Assembly (NCBI GenBank): GCA_012269595.1
Contig: JAAXJX010000023.1
Coordinates: forward strand, 996 to 64,995
DNA from: Planctomycetia bacterium
Lineage (GTDB): Bacteria > Planctomycetota > UBA8108 > UBA1146
Direction: 5' to 3'
DNA: 64,000 nt
Within the stretch, counting starts at the first letter, position 1. Each line of letters starts with the position of its first letter. A program made the translations under genes and the position numbers. Positions 20,017-29,518 of the stretch are shown piece after piece. The notes beneath the pieces were generated by a model. The model was not told the origin of the DNA, searched no databases, and saw only the letters and a program-made list of their open reading frames with translations.

Positions 20017-21236
20017 AAAGTCCTCAATTCAGTCCCGCGGTAATAATGCTGGAGAATCTCCTCATAGGTCTTTGACTTGGCATAACCCTTGGCTCCGTGC
20101 TGGCACATGCCCACCCCGTGTCCCCAACCGCGGCCATGGAAGACAAACCTGTTCTTTTCAAGAGAGACTTCGAAGGCGGACGAGCGCAAGGTCACCTTGG
20201 GGGTCAGTTTTCCCAGGCTCCCTCGCAATCGACGGGTATTGATCTCCAGAGATCCCCCGTCGTGAACGATTCGCAAATAGGGCACGTATCCGGAATCAGA
20301 CACATCCACGGGAATGACCTGGCGAATCGTCCCTACACGGATGCCGCTTTGCCCTGCCACCCGTGCGACCGCCGATCTCAAGACCGGTTCAGCCAGTTCC
20401 AGTTTCCAGCGATAGAAGGGGGCCTTTCTGCAACCATCGCAGTCGACACTGCTGAGAGCACTCATGGGAATCAGGTTGTATCCCGTTTCCCCGGAACAGG
20501 TCACACCCCCACAGGTGGAGTGAAAGAAACATTCGAAGACAGCACCGCCGGTCATCAGAACCTGGCCACGGGTTTCTTCGACCGCTTTCAGGGTATTCGG
20601 ATGAAGTTTTCCCACACCCTGATAAACCTGACTGCGTGTCGAAGAATGAACGTGCCAGCGTCTTCCGGGACGAGTCAGAATCTGGAAGAGGGCGTAGGTT
20701 CTCGCGGCAACCGCTTGAGCTTTCAGAGCCGCCATGGGAAAGGAACTCGCCGAGACCTCTTTCTCGACAACACCGGGAAGATACTTTTCCAGTGAAGTCC
20801 GCTCGAACAGATCCCAACCTTCATTGGCATTCTTCCAGCACTCTATCTTTCCGGCGAGCTCCATGCCTTCGCAAAAGAGAGCCCCCGACTCGGCATGGAA
20901 CCGGATCTCCGTATCGAAACTCCGACCGGAAACCTTGATGACACCCTCACGGGCCTGAACAACGATGGGTGAAGGCAGGGACCACTGTGCAGTCTTGGTC
21001 TGCAGGCGAATCTTTTCCCCCGCCTTGGTGGCAAAGGTCATGTCCCATTGGCCGGTGGCGAATCGGATGCCGACCATCGGTCCATCCTCCCCCGTCTCCG
21101 CAAGGCCTGCTGTTGCGGAATTGAAAGCGGTCTCTGAGTTGAGAGCTGGGGAAAGCCCTAAAGAGGGTTCGTTCGGGAACAGTCCCGAAAAGAGTCCCAG
21201 AAGAAGCATGAACCGGCACGCAGCAGTAACCCTCAA
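20010..21236 (-). CDS. SpoIID/LytB domain protein (amidase enhancer-like), secreted
   Basis: AQAVAARTYAL, SQVYQG, GRGWGHGVGMCQHGA motifs of the SpoIID family. Confidence 0.8.
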   Translation of the reverse strand: MRVTAACRFMLLLGLFSGLFPNEPSLGLSPALNSETAFNSATAGLAETGEDGPMVGIRFATGQWDMTFATKAGEKIRLQTKTAQWSLPSPIVVQAREGVIKVSGRSFDTEIRFHAESGALFCEGMELAGKIECWKNANEGWDLFERTSLEKYLPGVVEKEVSASSFPMAALKAQAVAARTYALFQILTRPGRRWHVHSSTRSQVYQGVGKLHPNTLKAVEETRGQVLMTGGAVFECFFHSTCGGVTCSGETGYNLIPMSALSSVDCDGCRKAPFYRWKLELAEPVLRSAVARVAGQSGIRVGTIRQVIPVDVSDSGYVPYLRIVHDGGSLEINTRRLRGSLGKLTPKVTLRSSAFEVSLEKNRFVFHGRGWGHGVGMCQHGAKGYAKSKTYEEILQHYYRGTELRTLW

Positions 21237-22312
21237 ACGGAATCCTCCAGATCGAGGGAACCCTGCTGACGTCCGCCCGTCGCGCCGTCCACCACTTTGT
21301 CAGCGGCGGGACCGAGGACTCTTCCGCGGGTGGTTTTCTCAATGAAACCGGCACGGATCAGATAAGGCTCATGGACATCCTCGATGGTCCGCTCTTCCTC
21401 ACCGACAGTGACCGCGATGGTTTTGACTCCGACAGGAGTTCCATCCGCTCTGGCCACCACTTCGAGAATTTTCCTGTCCACTGTATCGAGACCAAATGGA
21501 TCCACGCCCAGACGATCCAGTGCCGCACGGGCACACTCTTCATCGATCCTGTTGCTTCCATCGACATCGGCAAAATCACGAACCCTGCGCAGGTATCGAT
21601 TGGCGATGCGTGGAGTACCACGACAACGACTTGCCAACACACGTGCACCCTCTTGATCAATCTCAACACCGAGAATTCGCGCACTGCGTTCCAGGATCCG
21701 GATCAGATCCTCCACCGCGTAGGGTTCCAGCTTCTCATGGATGCCAAACCGGGCACGGAAAGGGGAAGTGAGATTGCCTTCACGGGTGGTCGCTGCGACC
21801 AGTGTGAACTTTGGCAGGTGAATCCGCATCGATCGGGCATTGGGGCCCGAGTCGATCAGAATATCGATCTGGAAATCCTCCATGGCGGTGTAGAGGTACT
21901 CTTCGACCACCCGGCTGACGCGGTGAACTTCATCGATAAAGAGGACATCCCCCTCCTGAAGTTCTGTCAAAAGACCCACGAGATCCTTGGCCTTGTCGAG
22001 GACCGGACCACTGGTCGCGCGAAAATTGACGCCCATTTGAGCGGCAATCAAACTCGAGAGTGTCGTCTTCCCCAAACCCGGCATCCCGGAGAACAGGGTG
22101 TGATCGAGGGAATCTCCCCGCTTCTTGGCCGCCTCCAGGTAGACCTTGAGATTGTCCACCACGGCTCCCTGACCGACAAATTCTGTCAGGTCACCCGGGC
22201 GAATCTGCTCTTCTACCGCGGAAGAGTCCCCGGGAATGGCGGCAGGCTGGGTCTGGCGTGTGGGGTCCGAACCACTGCTCATCGGTTCATCCGTTTCCAA
22301 TAAATCCCTCAA
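21233..22312 (-). CDS. ruvB: Holliday junction branch migration DNA helicase RuvB
   Basis: Walker A GMPGLGKTTL, LFIDEVHRV, full-length RuvB architecture. Confidence 0.95.
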   Translation of the reverse strand: MRDLLETDEPMSSGSDPTRQTQPAAIPGDSSAVEEQIRPGDLTEFVGQGAVVDNLKVYLEAAKKRGDSLDHTLFSGMPGLGKTTLSSLIAAQMGVNFRATSGPVLDKAKDLVGLLTELQEGDVLFIDEVHRVSRVVEEYLYTAMEDFQIDILIDSGPNARSMRIHLPKFTLVAATTREGNLTSPFRARFGIHEKLEPYAVEDLIRILERSARILGVEIDQEGARVLASRCRGTPRIANRYLRRVRDFADVDGSNRIDEECARAALDRLGVDPFGLDTVDRKILEVVARADGTPVGVKTIAVTVGEEERTIEDVHEPYLIRAGFIEKTTRGRVLGPAADKVVDGATGGRQQGSLDLEDSV

Positions 22313-22502
22313 ATCTCAAGGCGCACCGCCAGCATAATCGAATCCCCGATCCGGTGAAATGATGCGGCGGGCGGAGAAGAATTTTTCCAGCTTCTTTTCG
22401 CCGGGACTGAATCCTCCGTGAAATTCCCGAATCATTGGTTAGGCTGTCGTCAACTCAAACGAAGACCGGGGGTCTCCAGCCCTCCGGGAAGGGACGACGG
22501 GG

Positions 22503-23852
22503 ATGCCATCTCAGGCAGGGGAAAACACTCCGCCACCGGAGCAGGGAAAATCAGCGGACTCTGCGGGGAATCGCCGTCCCCTCGGTGCTGTATTGCTGAC
22601 CCTGTTTCTCGACCTGGTCGGATTCTCCATCATCTTCCCCCTGTTTCCTGCGATCCTCGACTCTTACCCCGATGATGACCTGCTCAAGGGCCTGCTCAGT
22701 TTCCTGCAATCCCTTTCGCCGGAGATCGGATTGGATGACCCGCGACTGATCACTCTCTTCGGCGGGGTGCTGGGATCCCTCTATTCCCTGTTGCAGTTTT
22801 TGCTGAGCCCATTCTGGGGCAGCCTTTCCGACCGTATCGGTCGAAGACCCGTGCTGCTGCTGACGATCGGCATCAACATGCTCGCAGCCCTGCTGTGGGC
22901 CTTCAGCGGTACTTTTCTGATACTGGTTCTCTCGCGCATTCTCTCGGGAGCGGCCGGTGGCAACATCGCCACCGCTACCGCTGCGGTGGCGGATGTGACC
23001 CCCGGAAAAGAACGCGCACGAGGCATGGGTCTCGTCGGAGCGGCTTTCGGTCTCGGGTTCATTCTTGGTCCCGCGATCGGTGGATACCTCTCTCTCTTTG
23101 ACCTCTCCCACCTCGGCTCACTCCCCCTCTTCGGTGGACTCGCCTTTACCCCCTTCACGGTGGCGGCACTGGGTGTGGTAGTACTTCACTTCATCAACCT
23201 GCTGTGGGTTTTCAAGGCACTGCCCGAAACGCGCCCCCCGTCAACGGAACCCAGACCGATTCAATGGTCCGTCTCACTCGGAAGCCAATGGGGCGACACT
23301 GTGCGCAACACCAACATGGCCAATCTTGTTTACCTGCTCGCATTCAGCGGAATGGAATTCACACTGGCATTTCTGGTACGGCAAAGGCTCGACTTTGGAA
23401 CCACAGAAACCGCCACGATGTTTGTCGTCATCGGTCTCATCCTCGCCCTCGTTCAGGGGGGCCTGACCCGCAGACTCGCCCACTCCTGGGGACCTGAGAA
23501 GACGGCGATTCGGGGAATGGTACTGGTGGCACTGGGCCTCGTCGGCGTCGCCTGGACCAGCGAGGATTGGCACCTCTGGGCCTCACTCCTTCCCCTGAGC
23601 GCCGGTTCTGCGATGGCGATGCCGATGCTGTCGACCATCGTCAGCAGCAATGTTTCTGATGAGGAACAGGGAGCCGCATTGGGAGTCTTCCGCTCGTTGG
23701 GCAGTCTTTCCCGGGCGATCGGCCCCTTCGCTGCCGCCATCCTCTATTGGCAAATGGGTTCGTCTGCGCCCTATTTGGCGTCAGCGATCCTGTTGTTGAT
23801 CCCGATGGCCCTGCTCTCGGGTGCCCTTGCCAGAAAAGGCCGAATTTCCTAA
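22503..23852 (+). CDS. Major facilitator superfamily transporter (12 TM)
   Basis: MFS signature loops (GSLSDRIGRRPVLL), 12 predicted helices. Confidence 0.8.
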   Translation: MPSQAGENTPPPEQGKSADSAGNRRPLGAVLLTLFLDLVGFSIIFPLFPAILDSYPDDDLLKGLLSFLQSLSPEIGLDDPRLITLFGGVLGSLYSLLQFLLSPFWGSLSDRIGRRPVLLLTIGINMLAALLWAFSGTFLILVLSRILSGAAGGNIATATAAVADVTPGKERARGMGLVGAAFGLGFILGPAIGGYLSLFDLSHLGSLPLFGGLAFTPFTVAALGVVVLHFINLLWVFKALPETRPPSTEPRPIQWSVSLGSQWGDTVRNTNMANLVYLLAFSGMEFTLAFLVRQRLDFGTTETATMFVVIGLILALVQGGLTRRLAHSWGPEKTAIRGMVLVALGLVGVAWTSEDWHLWASLLPLSAGSAMAMPMLSTIVSSNVSDEEQGAALGVFRSLGSLSRAIGPFAAAILYWQMGSSAPYLASAILLLIPMALLSGALARKGRIS

Positions 23853-23972
23853 CATCTCATCACGCCGCGCGATCCTGGCCCGGGAAGGGGCTTCGTCGTG
23901 CTTCACCAAAACCCAACCACCTCCCCCCGGAGGTGTGCCCATGCTTCAGCCTGCAGATCTGATGGCCGTCAG

Positions 23973-24710
23973 TTGCTGTCGTGGATTGCCGGGCTGCTCC
24001 TCTTGCCGATCATCCTGCCGATCATCGGTTGCAGCAGTGCTCCTGCTCCCCGCGGAGAAAGCATCTCCCAGGATGAATCGATGACCCCCGCGGATGTGGG
24101 TGCGATGATGACGGGCAGCTGGTATGTCGAAAATGAGGAGCGCAGGGGGATGGCCACTCTGGGCGGACTCCTCTCCTATGACATGACCACCTCACAGCAT
24201 GTCGGTGGTCAAAAGGTGGGCGAAGAAAGAGTCACCGCCGGTCCCCTGTGGATCGCAGGCAGAACCGAAAGCCGGGCTACCACTTCCCAGGGAAGCGAAG
24301 GCCGCAGTAATTGGTTTTTCCCCTTCTGGCGCTATCGTGAAGTGGACGGCCAGAGAACCCTTTACCCGCTGATGGTCATCCCGATTCCCCTGGGTTCGGT
24401 CGAAACGACAGATTTGGCACTGACGGATGATGACTTCGATCCGTGGGCAGGGGTCGGTGACAGCACCCCCGTCACCGAAGTGGCTGAGACTTCGGTGACA
24501 GATCCGGATCCCCTCGAACCTGTGATTTCCGAAGCGATCGCACAGGCCCCCATGACTTACCAGATCCGCAAGGGTGACACCCTGTGGTCATTGGCCGTGC
24601 GCTTTTATGGGGACGGTCATCGTTACCCTGACCTTCTCGCCGCCAACCGCGGAACCCTTGCCGACCCAAGCCAGATGACGGTTGGCAGCACCATCGTGAT
24701 TCCGAACTAG
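23973..24710 (+). CDS. Lipoprotein with a C-terminal LysM domain. The tracked ORF starts at 23898; the probable start is the TTG at 23973, giving the signal peptide/lipobox LLLLPIILPIIGC.
   Basis: lipobox IIGC; C-terminal YQIRKGDTLWSLAVRFYGDGHRYPDLLAANRG...IVIP LysM. Confidence 0.6.
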   Translation: MLSWIAGLLLLPIILPIIGCSSAPAPRGESISQDESMTPADVGAMMTGSWYVENEERRGMATLGGLLSYDMTTSQHVGGQKVGEERVTAGPLWIAGRTESRATTSQGSEGRSNWFFPFWRYREVDGQRTLYPLMVIPIPLGSVETTDLALTDDDFDPWAGVGDSTPVTEVAETSVTDPDPLEPVISEAIAQAPMTYQIRKGDTLWSLAVRFYGDGHRYPDLLAANRGTLADPSQMTVGSTIVIPN

Positions 24711-25729
24711 GGATTTGTCTTTTCTGCGGCGGGGGCCTCTACCAGGCTTCCGCCGCAGGAGGATCCCTGACCGGCAGTACAGCCAAAGCAGTGCTCTCCC
24801 GTGGCGATTTCCCGATCCACCAGCTGTTCCTCGGTCACCGTCCATAAATCGGGAACCTCCCCACTCTCCGAATCTGCGGTCAGCCCCATCGACAGCATCT
24901 GATTGAAATCGCAATCGTGCAATCTGCCGTTGTATTCGACGGAGAGAGTCTCTCGACACATGAGGCCGGGAAGTGTGGCCTCATTGAAAGACTGTTCCAG
25001 CAACTGTCGGTACTCCTGCTCCTTGCCTTCCTTCCGCAGCTGACCCAGAAAACGGGAGATGGGCATGTTGGTGATGGTGATCAGTCGGTCGAAAACGATG
25101 CCCAGATCCTGCTTCAGAACCCTGCGATAGTCTTCTTCCAACACATGGGCCGGAGGTGGCAGAGTCGCCCCGCCGGGATTGAACACCAGATCGAGTTGCA
25201 GGTTGGAGCCTTGCCCTGTTCTTCCCTCGGCAGCCCCATAGCCGAGGTGGTTCAGTCGTTTCAGGCCGCGAATACTGCCCTCAAAAACACCATCACCTCT
25301 TTGGCGATCCACATTGTCCCGGGAATAACAGGGCAAGCTGGCGACGACATGAACTCTCTGTTGAGCGAGGAACTCCGCCAGGGATTCCTGCCCCTTCTCT
25401 TGCAGAATTGTCAGATTGCAGCGATCGATCACTTCCAGTCCACGGGCTCTTGCCTGAATGACCAGATCCCGGAATCCGGAGTGCAACTCCGGTGCTCCCC
25501 CGGTCAAATCCACCACCTGCAAATGGGGCAGACGGTCCATCAGCGACAGACAACCTTCGACCCCCTCATCTGACAGCTTTTCAGTCCTCGTCGGACCAGC
25601 ACCGACATGACAGTGAGCACAGGTCTGATTGCAAACCCGGCCCAAATTGATCTGCAGAACCCGGGTGTTGCCCCGCGTGAGGGGACTTTCCAATTTTTGC
25701 CGAAAACAACCGGATTCCATGCTCTTCAA
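24707..25729 (-). CDS. Radical SAM / Cys-rich domain protein (ArsS / TIGR04167-like)
   Basis: CNQTCAHC radical-SAM cluster motif near the N-terminus, SPASM-less Cys-rich C-terminus (CFGCTAGQGSSCGGS); overall resemblance to the arsenosugar rSAM ArsS family. Confidence 0.65.
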   Translation of the reverse strand: MKSMESGCFRQKLESPLTRGNTRVLQINLGRVCNQTCAHCHVGAGPTRTEKLSDEGVEGCLSLMDRLPHLQVVDLTGGAPELHSGFRDLVIQARARGLEVIDRCNLTILQEKGQESLAEFLAQQRVHVVASLPCYSRDNVDRQRGDGVFEGSIRGLKRLNHLGYGAAEGRTGQGSNLQLDLVFNPGGATLPPPAHVLEEDYRRVLKQDLGIVFDRLITITNMPISRFLGQLRKEGKEQEYRQLLEQSFNEATLPGLMCRETLSVEYNGRLHDCDFNQMLSMGLTADSESGEVPDLWTVTEEQLVDREIATGEHCFGCTAGQGSSCGGSLVEAPAAEKTNP

Positions 25730-25789
25730 GGGGTGGACCTTCCGTGGGTAAATGTCATATCAGGCAATTTAGTCGGGTTTTGCCTCCAA

Positions 25790-25870
25790 CGGAAACGCTT
25801 ACAAAAATATTCCAACCTGAACACTACACAACACTTTGTTAATCAATAGAATGTATTTACATACAGGAAG
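25790..25870. promoter_or_regulatory. AT-rich island (about 30% GC) in the divergent intergenic region between the radical SAM gene and the dockerin-protein gene; likely promoter region; contains a small hairpin CCCGAT-TTTTG-ATCGGG
   Basis: strong local compositional departure from the about 60% GC background. Confidence 0.3.
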
Positions 25871-25954
25871 ACGACCCTGTCCCGATTTTTGATCGGGCCA
25901 GATTCAGGCCCACCCGCTGCGGCTTGGGCTAACGGCGAGAAAGGAATCTCATCC

Positions 25955-27304
25955 ATGTCCCTTCGTACCTATCTTGGTCTGTTCATGGCACTGCTTTGCG
26001 TGCTTGCTCCCACTGCGGACGCCCAGACCAACTACAAGTTGAGTGCTCCCAATACCAGCAGCCTCCCCGGTGGAACGCTGGCTGCGGACATTCTGATGAC
26101 CAACCAGCCGGAACCCGCTCAGGGTTTCCAGTTTGGCCTCTCCTTTGATCCGACGTTGTTAAGTCTCAACCTCGTCACTCAGGGTGCCGACCTGCAGAGT
26201 CTGGACAACGGTCAAGGTGCCGATTACTTCTTCCACACCGAGCCGAATGGCAGTGGCGGAGTGACCGTCGGTGCCATCGTCAGCCTCTCTCCTCCCCTGC
26301 TTTCTATTCCTGCGGGAGACGACCACAGCATCGCTCGTCTCGAGCTTTCCGTCTTGCCGACCGCGCAACCCGCCCAGATTTCAGGATTGACCTTCACCAA
26401 CACTCTGGGCTCGCCCCCGGTTCTTTGTGTGATTTCGGTCAACGGTGTTTCCCAGAGCCCGATCCTTGAGCACGGCTCCGTGACCATCGACACCCCGGCT
26501 CCCTCCGGACTTCAGGTTGTCGTCGACGACGCATGTACCTGTAGCGGAACTGTTTCCTGGACCAACGGTGGAACCTACGACTCTGTGATTGTTACCGTCG
26601 ACGGTATTTCGTCTTCTTACGCCGGCGACACCCAGAGTCTCGCTCTCAACCTGAATGATGGTGTTCCGACCAACGTCGAAGTGTACGGAATCAGCAATGG
26701 CCAGAACTCCTCGGCCACCTCGACTGCCTACACCTGCAACACCACTCCGGCGAACCTTCCGATCTCTGATCTGTCCTGTTCCATCGATCACGAGACCTGC
26801 ACCGCGACCCTGAGCTGGATCAACAACAGCCCCAACTACCAGGCACTGGAACTGCGTGTGGACGGCCAGCTGGTGGCAACTCTCGCCGGTACGGATTCCA
26901 CCACCACCTACGTCCTTCCTGCTGAAATGACCCCCTACACCCTCGAAATCTCCGGAATCGGTGAGTGTGGTGAGAGTCTTGCCGGAATGGGCTGCACCCT
27001 TGAGTGCCTTCCTGAGCGCTTCCGCAGAGGTGATGTCAACTCCGATACTCTGGTTGATATCTCCGACGCCATCGGAACCCTGTCTTACCTTTTCCAGGGA
27101 ATCCCCATGGTTTGCCTGGACGCCATCGACACCAATGACGACGGTACCATCGACATTTCCGACGCGATCTCAACTCTCAGTTACATCTTCGGCGGAGGAA
27201 CTCCTCCTGCTGCCCCGGGACCTTCGACCTGTGGTGTCGATCCGGACAATGGCAATCCCGACAGTCTGGATTGCACCGATTACAACACCAGCTCCTGTAA
27301 TTGA
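25955..27304 (+). CDS. Secreted protein with an N-terminal about 150-aa cohesin-like domain, Cys-rich Ig/Fn-like repeats and a C-terminal type-I dockerin. The tracked ORF starts at 25889; the probable start at 25955 gives a signal peptide.
   Basis: Signal peptide MSLRTYLGLFMALLCVLAPTADA; duplicated dockerin Ca-binding segments GDVNSDTLVDISDAIGTLSYLF / DTNDDGTIDISDAISTLSYIF. Confidence 0.65.
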   Translation: MSLRTYLGLFMALLCVLAPTADAQTNYKLSAPNTSSLPGGTLAADILMTNQPEPAQGFQFGLSFDPTLLSLNLVTQGADLQSLDNGQGADYFFHTEPNGSGGVTVGAIVSLSPPLLSIPAGDDHSIARLELSVLPTAQPAQISGLTFTNTLGSPPVLCVISVNGVSQSPILEHGSVTIDTPAPSGLQVVVDDACTCSGTVSWTNGGTYDSVIVTVDGISSSYAGDTQSLALNLNDGVPTNVEVYGISNGQNSSATSTAYTCNTTPANLPISDLSCSIDHETCTATLSWINNSPNYQALELRVDGQLVATLAGTDSTTTYVLPAEMTPYTLEISGIGECGESLAGMGCTLECLPERFRRGDVNSDTLVDISDAIGTLSYLFQGIPMVCLDAIDTNDDGTIDISDAISTLSYIFGGGTPPAAPGPSTCGVDPDNGNPDSLDCTDYNTSSCN

Positions 27305-27335
27305 TTCTCGCCGGAATCTCATAGCGAAATGAAAA

Positions 27336-27364
27336 GGGCCCGCAGGGTAACCCCCTGCGGGCCC
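27336..27364. terminator. Perfect 12-bp stem hairpin GGGCCCGCAGGG-TAACC-CCCTGCGGGCCC between the convergent dockerin-protein and ribBA genes (probable bidirectional terminator)
   Basis: seen directly; weak U tracts on both sides. Confidence 0.5.
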
Positions 27365-27426
27365 GCTCCTTTGATTGAAGAGTTTCGCGTGATCAGTCTC
27401 ACCCCTGTTCGAAGGATCCTCCCGGA

Positions 27427-28653
27427 TCAGATCGTTTCAAAGGTGTGACCGAATTTGGTCTTCTTCGTTTTCAGATAGTTGATATTCACAGGTCCGACTC
27501 CCAACTCCAGCGGGATTCTCTGGGTGACCTGAACACCATTCTCTTCCAATCCCTCAACCTTGCCGGGATTGTTGGTCAGCAGACGTACCTGATTCACGGA
27601 CAATGCCCTGAGGATCTTTGCCGCAGCTGAGTACTCACGAAGGTCCGCCTCGAAGCCCAGATGTTCGTTGGCCTCAACGGTGTCCAGCCCATCGGATTCC
27701 ATCAGGTGGTAGGCCTCAATCTTTTTGGCGAGACCGATTCCGCGTCCCTCCTGGGGCAGGTAGATCAGGGCGCCACGCTCTTTGGCACCGATCATCTTGA
27801 GGGAGTGATCCAACTGCATTCCACAGTCACAACGCAGGGAACCGAAAACATCCCCTGTCATGCATGCACTGTGAACCCGCACGAGAGGATCATCGCCCCC
27901 TTCACTCAGGTCCCCCATGCGCAACACGGTCACAGGATCATTGTCGGCGGTCTTCCAGCACTCCAACTCAAAGACTCCATAGGGAGTCGGCAGGTTGGCA
28001 GCACTGAGCCTGATCGGGACTTCCGGTGCGGCTTCTTCAATCGTTTCACGCTCGCGGCGGTACTCCACAAGACTGTCGATGGTTCCCAACAACAGACCAT
28101 GTTTCTCCGCAAAGACTTCCAGCTCGGGAAGGCGGGCCATGGTGCCGTCGTCATTCATCACCTCACAGATAATGGCCGCGGGCTGCAAGCCGGCCATGCG
28201 CGCCAGATCGACCGAAGCTTCGGTGTGACCTGTGCGGCGAAGCACTCCCCCCGGCTTGGCTTTGAGGGGGAAGAGGTGACCGGGACGATTGAACTGGTCC
28301 GGCCGGGAGTTGGGATCCGCTAGAAGACGAGCCGTATGGGCCCGGTCTGCGGCGCTGATCCCGGTGGTGATGCCTTCGGAAGCATCCACCGATACGGTGA
28401 ATGCACACTCCCCTGGCAGGGTCGGTTTGTCGCTCATCGGCGGAAGATCGAGTCTCTCACAGAACTCGGCGGCCATGGGCGCACAGATCAGGCCTCGCCC
28501 CTCGAGGGCGCAAAACTTGATGTGCTCGTCGGTGACCAACTCTGCGGCCATGACGATATCACCCTCATTTTCGCGGTCCGGGGCATCGATCAAAATGACC
28601 ATGCGCCCCTTGGCGATCTCCTGTACCAATTCCTCGACTGTGGCAAATGCCAT
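27427..28653 (-). CDS. ribBA: Bifunctional 3,4-dihydroxy-2-butanone-4-phosphate synthase / GTP cyclohydrolase II
   Basis: RibB block RENEGD, GCH-II zinc site RVHSACMTGDVFGSLRCDCG. Confidence 0.9.
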   Translation of the reverse strand: MAFATVEELVQEIAKGRMVILIDAPDRENEGDIVMAAELVTDEHIKFCALEGRGLICAPMAAEFCERLDLPPMSDKPTLPGECAFTVSVDASEGITTGISAADRAHTARLLADPNSRPDQFNRPGHLFPLKAKPGGVLRRTGHTEASVDLARMAGLQPAAIICEVMNDDGTMARLPELEVFAEKHGLLLGTIDSLVEYRRERETIEEAAPEVPIRLSAANLPTPYGVFELECWKTADNDPVTVLRMGDLSEGGDDPLVRVHSACMTGDVFGSLRCDCGMQLDHSLKMIGAKERGALIYLPQEGRGIGLAKKIEAYHLMESDGLDTVEANEHLGFEADLREYSAAAKILRALSVNQVRLLTNNPGKVEGLEENGVQVTQRIPLELGVGPVNINYLKTKKTKFGHTFETI

Positions 28654-28788
28654 CGATGGCTCCCATCAAAACTCAGGTGTCCCCCAAGGTCGATCTGGAC
28701 TCGATTATCCCTTTGATCACTCAGGGGTATGGACACCATTGTCCCTATTTTAGAACCGAATGGGGTCCCTTGGCACTGATTCCGGCCG

Positions 28789-29427
28789 TTATTGAGGAAG
28801 GAATTCCACACCTTCGAGTCGACCTCCCAAGCGCTCTCCCGCTTCCGAAACCTGTTTGAGGAGTCCCCGGGTGACCTCAGGGGCCTCCAGAGTGCCCCAG
28901 ATCTGAATCAGACAACGACGGGTCTGGGGGTCGGTTTTCGTTCTCTGGGAGTCTTTGACGGCATTGGCGCAGGGCCCCAGTGAATCCCCTAGGCAGATCA
29001 GGCCTGCGATATCGATCTCCTGACCCGAAGCGTTGAAAACATATTTTTGTCCCGATTCCCCGAGACCGATGGAGAGATCCCCCTCCACCCGGTCCAGATC
29101 GACCACACTGAGTGGCAAGCCGGAGATTCTGGAGGCCGAATTACCGAGATCAACCAGTGGAAAAATGGAAGTCAGTTTGCCCTCGGCTGCTGCTTTCTGG
29201 AGCCACTCACTGGAAGGCTTGCCCCTTCCAGCGGGCCGATACCCCCCATGACGAAGCAGGGAGCGGACCGCCTTGCGCAACTCCTCCGTCATCGGTTCAC
29301 AAGGGAAGTCCCGTGAAATCATCTCCTGCAACCAGGACGGACTCTCCTCACCTTGCGGACCGGGAAGTTCAATCACCACTCCCGCGGCATCGAGCAACGG
29401 ATGCTCATTGACATGGATCTGTAACAT
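28789..29427 (-). CDS. B3/4 (tRNA-binding, PheT-related) domain protein, free-standing
   Basis: LVDLGNSASRISGLPLSVVDLDRVEGDL resembles the B3/4 domain core; weak assignment. Confidence 0.4.
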   Translation of the reverse strand: MLQIHVNEHPLLDAAGVVIELPGPQGEESPSWLQEMISRDFPCEPMTEELRKAVRSLLRHGGYRPAGRGKPSSEWLQKAAAEGKLTSIFPLVDLGNSASRISGLPLSVVDLDRVEGDLSIGLGESGQKYVFNASGQEIDIAGLICLGDSLGPCANAVKDSQRTKTDPQTRRCLIQIWGTLEAPEVTRGLLKQVSEAGERLGGRLEGVEFLPQ

Positions 29428-29518
29428 TCGTGCACCCTTCTTCAGTCAATGTCATTCAAGGGGCAGTCTTTGGCCTCACTTGCCCGACTGGGGCTCCCCG
29501 ATATCATCTCTGGAGAGA

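Noticed and set aside
28654-28788. Possible FMN riboswitch (RFN element) in the 135-nt leader of ribBA
   Set aside because: I folded and compared the minus-strand leader with the RFN consensus (GGGUGAAAUUCCC / ACCGGCGGUA / AGUCCGGAUGGGAGA). Only loose fragments match (GGAAUUCC, ACGGCCGG, GAGUCCAGAUCG, and an SD-containing GAUGGGAG), and they are in the wrong order and spacing. Not convincing without a covariance-model scan.
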